A DNA stretch of 64,000 nucleotides from Rhodosorus marinus CCMP1338 (lineage: Eukaryota > Plantae > Rhodophyta): NCBI GenBank assembly GCA_029953675.1, contig JAMWBK010000004.1:992001-1056000 (forward strand). Direction: 5' to 3'. The notes beneath the pieces are model-generated. The model was not told the DNA's origin and did not search any database. It worked only from the letters and a program-made list of their open reading frames with translations. Within the stretch, counting starts at the first letter, position 1, and each line of letters opens with the position of its first letter. Shown here in pieces: positions 1 to 10,445 of the stretch. The position numbers were made by a program, and so were the translations under genes.

Positions 1-1
1 C

Positions 2-169
2 CACTGCCGGAGCTGCCGGGCAATTGTCGCAGAGCACGGGACATCTCGTCTGGAATTCCGCTGAAATACATCGGCCATCCGACGCTCCATCACAGAACGG
101 GGACTCGTCAGAGCATCCCACAGCAACGCTAGCAAGTGCTATAAAAACAAAGGCAACGAACAGCTTCAT
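2..169 (-). CDS. 5' part of a secreted protein: signal peptide followed by a ShKT-like 6-Cys domain; runs off the window edge
   Basis: Manual translation from ATG at 169: MKLFVAFVFIALASVAVG-CSDESPFCDGASDGRCISAEFQTRCPVLCDNC-PAAPAV. Hydrophobic N-terminus; C-x6-C-x7-C-x8-C-x3-C-x2-C spacing fits ShKT. No stop before the edge. Confidence 0.75.
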   Translation of the reverse strand, partial: MKLFVAFVFIALASVAVGCSDESPFCDGASDGRCISAEFQTRCPVLCDNCPAAPAV

Positions 170-1934
170 GTTTTCTTTTTCAAACCTTCTTTCTCGTTTT
201 CTCCCCTCTCTTCTCAGTGATTCTTCTTGGTTTCTTGACCCAGCGCTGGAGCAACATTGCACCCCATAGACCCTTGCTGGCTTCTTATACCCTCCGGATC
301 CCTTAGGGTGCTTCCTGGATGGTGACCTCTATCCACTATGTAATGATTTGATCAGACAGAAGCTAGCCATTGAACGACAAGGGATCGGGGTTCTTAGTCA
401 ACCTTGCTCGGTCGACGTGGAAACGAATGTGGACGCCAGCAGACCTCGTCCAGGATCCCACAGTCAGATGTTGATGGTTTCAGTGGGACCTGGGTTGCCC
501 ACTTTGACCGGTTTGGCTAAACATTTCAATCTACAGATCTTAATGAGATCGATCATGCGCCACGATGCTGACGGCATCGAAGGCCGGCGGCGCGGGATTT
601 GCGCTGCAATGCAAAGAAGGCGCTTTGGGCGGCAACTCCCTCGCGTCGAGGTTTTTAAATCCCTTAAGATGGCTCTCCGGGTCTGTTCTTTTTGCCAGTT
701 TTGCCTGCTCCATACGACAACACCGCTCTTGCCGGAATCGTCGGTGAAACGGTGTTAGCCATGGCCCATCACCGTTCAGGCTTTAACCCTGCCCCCACTC
801 AAAATTAGAATCGACTTACATTTTCCCTTTGTTGCCTCGGAGACGCTAAACAGGTAATCTCTGCAAGCAAGGACTCACACGCAACCTCGTCAACTCTAAG
901 CCTGCCCAGCCAGTTGGCCAAAAATGTCCCCCTATCTTGTTGGCAATCCTCTTAATTGATTGCTTGATCAGTCCACTAATTTTTTGGATTGTCTATCAGT
1001 CAAATCCAACGGGCAAGCCTTGTGAATATTTCGCCAACGAAGTGGAGGAAGAAGAAGTTGTTACCTGTTCGATAGTATTTGTTAGGGGTACGATCTCGAG
1101 CCAAAAGTGCAAACATTCATATTTAATAAATTTTTGTAAATCTAATTGATCTTCATTCGAGAAGTACTAAAGGGGTGGTTTCTTGCCACTGGTGTGAGCT
1201 TGAACTCTTAGAGTTGCCTTGGTTGTGAAAAGGTCTATTTTTTTGTTTTGTTATAATTTTATCATTGGTTTTCCTTCAAGTTCTATTTGCTTGATGTTTT
1301 TGTATGTATTTATTTTTGTGAGGATCTGCTCGCCCGTTCGCCTCTTTCAGATACAGTCTCTTTAATTGGTGAGTACTATCAAATTATTTACTATTATATT
1401 GATCAATTTCATGTATTAATTTAATAATTGGGCAGGCGTCCAAGCTCGTTGGTTATCATTGGTGTAATTATTGTTGCGTGTATGAAATAAACTAAAAAAG
1501 TTATAAGTACAATCAATATGCCAATGCGGATGTGTTTTGTCCTCTTCACGAGGAACCCTCGCATAAGTTTAAACATTGCTATGATCGCCCTGGGAATATA
1601 GGAACGTCCCATAGCAGCCTAGTCAGAATCACACCGCTCGACATTCCTTTTACTAAGCGGTGCCTATTGTGTGAGCATGTTTCTGACAACCGGTGAAGCT
1701 GGCATGGCTCTCATGGCTGCTTAACTGGGATTACGTTAGTCTGGGCTTACCCTAGACACGCAGAAGGCATAAGAAACATCTATTAGCTCTCGTTTAGACG
1801 CGTCGAGGAAGACACCCAGTTAAATAGAACCGAACGAGAGTCAAGGGAGGCATATGCTCCTCGACCTTCATTCGGCCTAGAGAATATGTGACGCGACGAG
1901 GCTTCGTTCCTTTTTATCTGCGGGTGGCTTTGAC

Positions 1935-2396
1935 GTGCATGCGTTTTGTACGATGACTTGTGAGCAATTGAGAATATGGGAGAAGGTTCTCGGGGTCGTG
2001 TTTGTCGCTGCTGTTGCCAGTATCGTCAATGCTCTACCAGTTGTCGACAACGTCGAACGTATTGTGGTACCGATTAGCTCGCTAGCTGAGTGCGAATCCA
2101 GGTGTACCAAGAATCTGCAAATTCTGATGAAGCAGGTGAACACTCACGAATGGTGTGGGAAGGTCTGCGGATGGATATGGATACCTTCTGGGCAGCTCGA
2201 GAGTAACTCGGAAGCAGAGCTCGGGGCCGGATCAAATATACCAAACGACTGCTTTGAGACGTATGTCCGGCGATGTGACATGAATTCCAGAGGCGTTCTA
2301 TGCTATGAAGCTTGTACGAGTGTTTGCAACAGTGGCACTGGGGCAACAGCCATAGATCCGTACAAGAACTTCAAATTCAGGGTGGACGGGAGATGA
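1935..2396 (+). CDS. Small Cys-rich, probably secreted protein; true start uncertain
   Basis: Hydrophobic stretch VLGVVFVAAVASIVNA followed by CxxxC pairs (CESRC, CGKVC, CYEAC, CTSVC). Confidence 0.5.
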   Translation: MHAFCTMTCEQLRIWEKVLGVVFVAAVASIVNALPVVDNVERIVVPISSLAECESRCTKNLQILMKQVNTHEWCGKVCGWIWIPSGQLESNSEAELGAGSNIPNDCFETYVRRCDMNSRGVLCYEACTSVCNSGTGATAIDPYKNFKFRVDGR

Positions 2397-2482
2397 CGCA
2401 AGGATAACCGTTACGGAGACTATATATTAATGTAGTTTTTCCTTTCAGTCAACATCCAAGGTTCCTTTGACTTTTTTTTTGC

Positions 2483-2515
2483 TCAAGACCTCGATTAGCT
2501 TAAACCATTCGTTCG
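2483..2515 (+). mobile_element. Isolated, diverged 3' end of a family A RLE retrotransposon
   Basis: T-run then CCTCGATTAGCTTAAACCATTCGTTCG, matching the family A end CCTCCGATTAAACCATTCGTTCG at 6491-6513. Confidence 0.55.
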
Positions 2516-3204
2516 ATGAGCAATCAGAAGTTCGAATCTATGTACAACGGTGCTGCTGCTGCTGAGTGCTGCTGCTAGTGACCAGTAGAAGAAAAACATC
2601 CATACTGACTTATGCAAAGAGTATTTTTTCCAAATGTTTCGGCGGACCTCAGTGCCCTTTCCGAGCAGCTTGCCAGGGGGAAAAAAACTGTGCGGGCTCT
2701 GCGCAGCAGCCCATCACGGGTGCATATTATTGAAATCTGGCCCGTTTTCCTTGTAGGCTTGTCCTTCAGAATATTCTGTGGTGCCTGCTTCTTTCTGAGA
2801 ACCTTGCTGATGCTCCCACCGTCTCCCTTTCACCCCGAACAGTCGATTCCAATCAGAAGTGCTAGCTCAAAACTCCAACCGACCATCAATGGTTTGGGAC
2901 AACCCCGTACTGTCCCGATCTGCTCTGGGGCTGATAATCTCGATACGGTTATAGGATATACAAGCAATTTATAAACGAAAATAACGCTTTGTACTGTTTA
3001 ATTTGTAAAACAACCCTAAATAGGGCAACCAATGATATCCACTAATAGTATACTTTGCTTTTTTTTAAAATTAGATTTAGTCCCAAAACATATCTCCAAA
3101 ACCATCCTTTGGCAATTAAGAAACGTCCACGTGTCCGGCCATGTTTACAAAAATCAATTTTCTCGAAAAAGCGAGGATTGCACTCAATTAGCTACCCTTA
3201 ATAA

Positions 3205-3215
3205 CCATTCGTTCG
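3205..3215 (+). mobile_element. Tail-only family A micro-insertion (11 bp) with 6-bp TSD
   Basis: TAATAA(3199-3204)-CCATTCGTTCG-TAATAA(3216-3221). Confidence 0.6.
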
Positions 3216-3244
3216 TAATAAGGTCCTGACCCGGCAGACGTACT

Positions 3245-3278
3245 GGTGGGTGGTGGTGGTGGTGGTGGTGGTGGTGGT
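3245..3278. repeat. (GGT)n/(ACC)n microsatellite, possibly an expanded family B-type tail
   Basis: About 11 GGT units. The minus strand reads CTAGTAGAAACCACCACC, resembling the tail CTAGTAAAACCAC(CAC). Confidence 0.7.
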
Positions 3279-3334
3279 TTCTACTAGACTTGCTATACAG
3301 TGAACTCCGGCACATGGTGAGGAATGAAGCTCTC

Positions 3335-3455
3335 GAAACGGAAGGTGAGAAGTCTTTACCCATCGCGGAATACTTGAATGAGGAAGTTCGTCGTATCACC
3401 TGTGAAGATAGCCGTCGAATTCATATGTGGACCTCGCTGTTCCGAAATGTTCCCT
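3335..3455 (+). mobile_element. Degraded family A RLE fragment
   Basis: Translates EGEKSLPIAEYLNEEVRRI..TCEDSRR versus family A EREKPLPVADFQNDERRVADLVITCDDSRR. Confidence 0.5.
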
Positions 3456-4476
3456 GAGGCCCCCCACAGGCTCTTCTCAGTGTTTACTAACCTGAGATTT
3501 GGCTTGGGGGCGAATGATTACCGCCTTGATGTCGGTTGCATGCGATTTCCAGTCAGTTTTCTGTTTTTACCCTCGGGGTTTGTTTCTAGCATCCGATAAA
3601 AGCGTTTCTTCAAAAGCGTATCAGAACTCAACGCAAAATTCTAGAATATCGGATTCGGAAATAAGAATTTAAGCCGGCCGGGGAAGGGCGGCTGCCTCCC
3701 CGTTTCTAACTTGTTTGGTGACTACTAGTGAGGCCGATTGCTGAGTAGAGGCCGCGAGAATCATTGGTCTAACCAAACATGAACCTTTGCACGTATTTAT
3801 GAACATCCCTAAAGAATTCTGCGTGCCTACCCATTCCTAGTTACCTGGCGGGTCTTTAGCTCTCGGCCATCCACACCTTACCTTATCCTCAAGTTCCGCG
3901 ATGCTTGGAGCAGTTTACGATATTGATTTCCACTACCTGAACCGTTTTTCAACTTTTAAATGCAGGGTAGAGTCTGCAGGATCGATAATGAACTGGCTTG
4001 CAGTCTGTAATTTTGCTATTGGTCCCCATTGAGGATCTGTCAACGTGTGGGACAAAAGCTTGACATCGATGATCTGGTAATCAGGAGGCGAACTGGTTTC
4101 TTCTAGTGATATAAAATCTACGATGATTAAAACTTATAATGAGAACTCTCCGCAGAGTCATGAACTCGAGGCGCTGGAGCATTCTTCGTCCAAATTGGCT
4201 TTCGGTATCACCGAAGGACCAATAACCAAACTTCCTGGAGTCAAAACATTGGGTGCAGCAGCGCAACAGCTCTTCTATATTCACATAAACCACTAGCTTA
4301 AGGGACTTGACACGGATCAGACCCTCGTCACAACAAGAGACCCTTAAAGCACCGCCCCTCAATCCTCTTCGAAGCAGTCGATCCGCCACCTCTACGCAGA
4401 AAAATTCTACACCAATATTTTCTTTCATAAACCGAATAGTATATAGCGCCGATAAAAAATACCTCTATATATTTCA

Positions 4477-6513
4477 TATATACGAACGAACGAATGGTAT
4501 TTTTATTCTCCGCTTGGTCGTGGGGCTACCTATGACACCCTTGGCGCTTCCTCACACACGTTTGCGGCGCGCACAGGGGTACAACAGGGTGATCCCTTGT
4601 CCCCTTTCCTACATGCCTGTGGACTACAACTCGTCTTGCTTTGTCTTCGCTCCGAATTCCCGCAGGTTCGTACGGTTGCATACCACGACGACGTGTGCCT
4701 CCTGGGGCCCCCCGATACTCTAGCGCTCGCTTATGATCGTCTCCGCTCCTTGGCTTCGCGGGTTGACCTGGAGGTTAATCATCACAAATCGTTCTACTGG
4801 GGAGGTGTAGCTGCACAAGAGCAGCAGGTACCTGCGTCGTTCCAGGATATTTGGAGACCGGATGGTTTTGTCCACTTAGGCATCCCCTACGGGTCGCCGT
4901 CCTTCGTTGAAGGCGAGTTGCTGCAGCTCCTCGGTAAGCACAGACAGCTGGTTGCAGGGCTTCGACGGCTACCTCCGGGCTTTCTTCAGTGCTCGTTGTT
5001 GCTGTTTCGGTATTGTTGCAGTCAGCGGTTAACCTATTGGCTCAGCTCACTTCCAACTCATTGGGGCCGGTGGTTGGCCACTCGTGCGGATGCTGAAAGT
5101 TTCCGTGACCTGGGGTATTTTCTCGATGAAGAGCTGAGCGCTCTGCCGCGACCCACCTGTGATGTTGTGCGCGCCCAGGTAGGCCTCCCATTGCGATTGG
5201 GGGGACTGGGCCTCTGCAATCGTGTTGTGGTCCAACCTGCAGCCGCAGTAGGGGCCTGGGGAACCGCACTTCCCACTTTGAGCAGCTTGGGTATCTCGAA
5301 GTTCGGCAATTTGATGGCGAGCCTCTCGCGGGGTGTCTTGCTTCCCAGCGTACCGGAAAGCGCCCAAGACTTGTTTCTGGAGCTCCAAGCCGCCCTGAAT
5401 TCCTGTACTAGTCTCCCCGAAACCGTTCAACCCCGTCTTCCTGACTGGCGAGCTGTATTTGACCGCTCTCGAGGTTCCGCCCCGGGGATTCGTCCTGCGC
5501 CTGAATCTGTTCTAGGGGAGATTGACCCAGTGGTTGCCGCAGAAGAAGAAGTTCCAGTTGATCCTCCTGATGATTCCCAGCGCGCTGGGAGCCGAGCTCA
5601 AGCACGCACGGATGCGCTGCAAAATATCCTTTCTTGGGACTTGCACCGTGCTGCATATGGCCGACTCCTCGCGCAGATGGTCTCATCTTCTCGCGCTCGC
5701 GCCCGCCTACGTAGTCTTGGAGGGGTTCTTAGCTCTCAGTGGCTCATGACCGTACCAGCCTTTCCGCCACTCACACTGTCGGATTTCGAAGTGCGTACTT
5801 CACTGCGCTTATACCTCGGCTTACATCAGCCCCCTTGGCCGTACGAGATGGGTTCGTCGTGCCCTCTCTGCTCTCAGACTGAAGACAACGCAGATTTTGG
5901 CGCCCACCTGCTCGCTAGTTGCCCGGCGGTGAAAGGTGCTCGAACCCGCCGCCGTACACGGATCTTGAACCTGTTATACCGGGAACTTCGGCCTATAGTC
6001 CGGCAAGCCGGTCTGGAAATCGAACGTGAGAAACCTTTACCCGTCGCGGACTTTCAAAATGATGAACGCCGTGTAGCCGACCTGGTGATAACCTGTGACG
6101 ACAGCCGCCGTACCACATACGTTGATCTTGCTGTTCCTAAACCTCAAGCTAGTCGTTATCTCCCGGCTGCGGGGGAGCGCCGTGGCTCTGCCGCCGCCAG
6201 CATGAGACGCCGCAAAGAGATTAAATACGCAGGGGCTTTGTCTTCCCCTGGTGTTCGTGCTTCGGCACTAGCACATCGCTTGGTACCCCTGATCATTGAG
6301 TGCTTTGGGTTCATGGACTCTGTTGGTTCTCGCTGGCTTCGGGAGTTGTTCCGCGAACGCCCTGACCGTCTTCAATCGTTGTTTACCCGCTTAAGTTTCC
6401 TGCTGTGGCGCATGAACGCCGCTTTGATGTTGGAGGCGCGAGTACTTCGCCGCGCTTAGTCTTTTTTTCCCCTCGGGGTTTTTTTTTCAGCCTCCGATTA
6501 AACCATTCGTTCG
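4477..6513 (+). mobile_element. Family A CRE-like RLE non-LTR retrotransposon, 5'-truncated within RT, 11-bp TSD, inverted tail copy at the 5' junction
   Basis: TSD TATATATTTCA at 4466-4476 and 6514-6524. Tail (TTCG)2. T-rich 3'UTR with a CCCC-TC-GGGG hairpin. Confidence 0.9.
4504..6459 (+). CDS. Family A RT C-terminal half, CCHC knuckle and RLE (no true start; 5'-truncated)
   Basis: GVQQGDPLSP, YHDD, QVGLPLRLGGLG, CPLC-x11-H-x4-C, VADLVI..YVDLAVP..KEIKY, LVPLIIECFG. Confidence 0.9.
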   Translation, partial: YSPLGRGATYDTLGASSHTFAARTGVQQGDPLSPFLHACGLQLVLLCLRSEFPQVRTVAYHDDVCLLGPPDTLALAYDRLRSLASRVDLEVNHHKSFYWGGVAAQEQQVPASFQDIWRPDGFVHLGIPYGSPSFVEGELLQLLGKHRQLVAGLRRLPPGFLQCSLLLFRYCCSQRLTYWLSSLPTHWGRWLATRADAESFRDLGYFLDEELSALPRPTCDVVRAQVGLPLRLGGLGLCNRVVVQPAAAVGAWGTALPTLSSLGISKFGNLMASLSRGVLLPSVPESAQDLFLELQAALNSCTSLPETVQPRLPDWRAVFDRSRGSAPGIRPAPESVLGEIDPVVAAEEEVPVDPPDDSQRAGSRAQARTDALQNILSWDLHRAAYGRLLAQMVSSSRARARLRSLGGVLSSQWLMTVPAFPPLTLSDFEVRTSLRLYLGLHQPPWPYEMGSSCPLCSQTEDNADFGAHLLASCPAVKGARTRRRTRILNLLYRELRPIVRQAGLEIEREKPLPVADFQNDERRVADLVITCDDSRRTTYVDLAVPKPQASRYLPAAGERRGSAAASMRRRKEIKYAGALSSPGVRASALAHRLVPLIIECFGFMDSVGSRWLRELFRERPDRLQSLFTRLSFLLWRMNAALMLEARVLRRA

Positions 6514-7539
6514 TATATATTTCAAACGATATCAATTATTCATATTTTTAATTTGTCGGAGAATATTTTCTAATAGTTAAAGAAAAATATTCATATTATA
6601 TTGAATACATTTATTTGTTACATTAGTCCATAGCTAACTAATGCCGTGGCCTAATCATGTACTTTTAAGAGATGGACATATGGTTTTGTAGTAAAATAGG
6701 AAATAACATCTTGAAGGACTGATTTCGAGCGGTTGATTGGGCCTTAGCTGTACGGGCCGCTTTGAGGGGTTGGTAGCTTCTTCGGGCAATCGGTTATGGG
6801 ATATGCATGGTGATATGGGAAGATATCATGTCATGAAATTTACATCAGAGTGGGTTTACAGGATATTATCTGGGACACCCCGCCAGGGATGGATGTCCCG
6901 GACGGTTCCTTTTCTCAGTGGTGAAAACTGATTTCCCAAGTCAGTTTCGGCTTTGTTCTGATGAGCGATTCGCAAACGACAAACGAAGTACAGCGACGGG
7001 GAGGTTTTGACAGACTGTTTGAGTTCATAAAGATCGCGTGGACAAGATCTTTGGTGTGGTGAGCTGATCGAGCTGCTCTGGTAGGGCATGAGCAGGAGCT
7101 TTCTTCCAGGCGTAGGCAACATGAGGGCCCGGGTATTCGTTTGTGTTTGCACGGATGAAGATCGGGGGATGTGTCTCTCTGCGGATGTCTATTGTGAACT
7201 CTTTTTGCGGAGCCAAATGCTGATGAGACAGTTTGCGGCTCAAAGGGAACAAGCGGTGCTCTGTTTTGGAGGACGATCGAGGTTTGGAACACGTCGGGAT
7301 GTGAAAGACAACCGCCCGACGGGTCGGCAAATGTCTAGAGGTGGCTTTTACCGCGAAGAAAGGTGCACTTCGGGAAGTGTCTTTGGGGGGGACGAGGACT
7401 GCTCTCAAGTACCCGACGATGTCAGGTTGCTTAAGTCAGAGAAGCTGAACAGCCTCAAGACGGCGCTGCTCACTATCTGCGCTGCTGAGAGTCCGTCATC
7501 TGCCAACTGCTGAGACTCAAGACTCTGCAGGGTAGCTCG

Positions 7540-9260
7540 CGTCCGGGTGGCGCGGAACGGAGTGATTAGGACGTTCCATCCCATTCGCGAGTGTCACGTT
7601 GGAGGACCTTTTGCCGGCAACGGACCGATCTGCCCGTTGGAGCTCATCTGCAAGAATCTGATCACCGGCACTCGACCATCATCCGTGGGACACAGTTTAC
7701 GGACGTTATCTTTGGCTTTGATGGACACCATAACATCCGAAGCCTGGGTAGTGACGATTTAATTAAAAGCAGTGACGGCAATATTAGAGTCTTCGGTGTG
7801 CGGCGATGAGAAGTTAGTGGGTAACGACAGGAACGACAACCTGTTAGCAGAGCACGGTAACGATCGGGTATTTGGCGGAGCTGACAAGGATTTCATCTCC
7901 GGGTTTGAAGGGAAGGACTTGCTCTACGGCGGCGATGGTATGGACCGAGTCGATGAACGTGGTGGAAAGGACGTCGTCAACGGTGCAAGCGGAATTGGCT
8001 TTTTTTCCATGGTGGAAGTGGGGCGGACTATATGCTCGGACTTCAAGGTGCTGATTTCATTGACGGGAATGCAGGCAATGACAAAATCAATGGGGGCATC
8101 GGAATTGATAAGATACACCGGTCGCAAGGGGACGATATCATCTTCAGGGAGTCAGGATCCGATGTCCTCTTCGGAGACAACGGCAACGATCGTATCTACA
8201 TCGGTGAAGGGGCTAATAAAGCACATGGTGGTGAAGGGGATGACTATATCACCGCTCCATCGGTTGAGAACCGGTTCTTTGGCGGCAATGGTCATGATAA
8301 GCTCATCGGAGGCGTCGATAGTAACAGCTTGGATGGGGGTGTCGGAGATGATCGGCTCGAGGGTAAGGACGCGGATGATAGCCCCGACGGAGGGGAGGAA
8401 AACAACGTGTTGATCGGTGCTGGTGGCGACGACAACTCTTTTGGATACGAAGGTGATGATGATCTGAGAGGTGGAGCAGGAGCTGATCACATGCTCGATT
8501 TTGAAGCAAACGACACTATGCCAGTTGGGGAGAAGGCCCGACAATATGACAGGAGGCCTTGGAAATGATGATATGAACGAGGGACGGGCCAATGATCTCG
8601 TGTTAGGAACGCAAGGGATAGACAAAATCATAACCGGGCAAGGTGACGACGAGGTACACGCCGGTAGGGGGGATGACGAAGTGGACGTAGGTTCAGGCGA
8701 CGATGCCATGTTCGGAGAGGCTGGCAATGATCAGGCGCCGGTTTGAACGAGTTGCATGGCGGCCTCGACAACGACGTTCTAGAGGGTGGTGAGGATGCAG
8801 ACACTATATTGGACGGACAGGAAAGGAACCCGTCTATGTCAACGGAGGGGATGATTTTTTGCTCGGTGGTACGGGTGATGACGCTATTCGAGCAGGCGAT
8901 GGCAATGCAAGGTTAACGGAGGTGAAGGTGAGGATGATATCGAAGGTGGGAATGGAAACGATAAGATGGAGGGGAAGGTCGGAGACGATGTTGTGAAGGG
9001 CAGTGATGGCAGGGACAACATCATTGAAGGACGCGAGCACGACGAGATAGAAGGGAATCGTGGAGAAGACCTTGTCCAAGATCTGAACCGGGACAATTCC
9101 TTAAGCGGCAAAAGGGAACGATACGATCACTGCGGGAGACGGCGATGACAGGATAAACGCGGGTCCAGGTAACGACAACATCACGTCCGTAAAGGGTTTT
9201 GATACGATAGATCCTGGCACGGGAACCGACATCGTTGACGTCAATCCAGGGGTTTGAAAC
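7540..9260 (+). pseudogene. Degraded RTX/hemolysin-type Ca-binding repeat protein; may extend upstream to about 6950
   Basis: More than 20 degenerate GGxGxDx(L/I) nonapeptides spread over several frames (GNAGNDKIN, GGNGHDKLI, GGVGDDRLE, GGAGADHML, GGLGNDDMN); several stops and frameshifts. Confidence 0.8.
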
Positions 9261-9419
9261 ATCGTTGCGACTTCAACGCCACACCTGCGTTTGACACCTA
9301 GCAGCAACTGGACAGTTGAAGGAGTTGTATCTTGCAATTGGGAGCATGGCGCTCCTTATCCCACTGCACATGGATCTCATCACAGTCCATATGGGAGCAT
9401 TATAGGATTTAAACTACCT

Positions 9420-9570
9420 ACCAGAGCTACAGAGCATCTAGAGCGCAAAGCGGACGCACAAGCCCTAGTGCGAGCGCATTTGAATCGACAACTATAGCGT
9501 GGTACGTCTCGCAGGGCGATCCATGCCATTCGTAAAGATGATAATGTCGGGATAACACTGTTTACCCTTG
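9420..9570 (+). mobile_element. RLE C-terminal fragment of a third CRE-like family (D)
   Basis: RATEHLERKADAQALVRAHLNRQL*RGTSRRAIHAIRKDDNV aligns with 23500-23620 EATANLEHKADRQTLIRVDINRELWRGTARSAIHAMRKDNHV. Confidence 0.55.
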
Positions 9571-10240
9571 CCCACATGGACGTAGGATTTCTTCGAAAAT
9601 GAACTTCGCCACATTCTCCTTCATAGTTTCCGGCATTGCTCGCACGCAGACCATCGCGTCAACGAATCTACCGCCACGAAGATCCCTTGATTTCCGCTCG
9701 CGTGAGCCTTTCGAAACCTCCCGACAAAACCCGAATGGCACCGAGGGAAGAACGCTTGGCAGTAGTGGCGTAATCCGACGTATTGCTGCAATTCCGATGT
9801 CGAACATGGGAGGGGACGCGTAATTAGTTGCAATGAGTGGATGGATTTACTACTATAGCCTGAATCGCTGCGCAAGGCGTGGCAATGAATGTTCACTGCT
9901 TCTACATAAGACGCATCTTGTAAGAATAATACGGCACGAGTCTTGAGATTTGACAAGACGAGCGGGAATCTGTCAACCGTCCACTGGTCAGGTTCCGGAC
10001 GCGATGAGTGAGAAAGTACAATGCACAAGGCGAATATGATGGGGGATGACTCCTGCAGAATTTTGCCCCCGGATTTAGGCCACGTCTCCGGCCTATGTTT
10101 GTTCACTCTCGAGCTCATTAGTCTCGAGGAAGCCGACGGAAAGCCAGAATCTCCATCAGTCTACCCGAAATTCCCGAAATGCGTTGTTTCTGATATTGTC
10201 TTTGATTCTCCTAACCTTACCGAGCTCTGTCAGAGTCCTT
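9570..10240 (-). mobile_element. Ty3/gypsy integrase N-terminal remnant
   Basis: ELQQYVGLRHYCQA (HHCC-like) and CVRAMPETMKENVAKFIFEEIL (start of core); frameshifted. Confidence 0.4.
9837..9881 (-). mobile_element. Tail-only family B insertion (45 bp)
   Basis: Reverse complement is CACGCCTTGCGCAGCGATTCAGGCTATAGTAGTAAATCCATCCAC, flanked by GCAATGA at 9830-9836 and 9882-9888. Confidence 0.75.
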
Positions 10241-10445
10241 AAAGTAGTCGCAACAAGCGTGTATCTTTCATCGCCCAGCCCAGCCCAGCCCATAATTTTA
10301 ATCTGGTAGGAGACAGTCCTTCACATCCATCGCTCGATAATGAGCACCAGAAAATACACATGTATACGAAACCCGATTGTCATTTATTTCACAGCGGATT
10401 TCATGTCCTGAGTCCACTACATCATCTAGATTACGGAATTATTAT

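Noticed and set aside
320-1620. Short ORFs in both directions
   Set aside because: No motifs and many stops in all frames; possibly old TE debris but not assignable.
3184-3399. Poly-His ORF
   Set aside because: Translation artefact of the (GGT)n microsatellite.
4597-6459. RT ORFs as a group II intron, retron or DGR RT
   Set aside because: They carry CCHC plus RLE C-termini, simple-repeat tails, TSDs and 5' truncations, all diagnostic of non-LTR retrotransposons.
6460-6490. Rho-independent terminator (CCCCTCGGGG plus T run)
   Set aside because: Eukaryotic context; it is part of the family A 3'UTR repeated in every copy.
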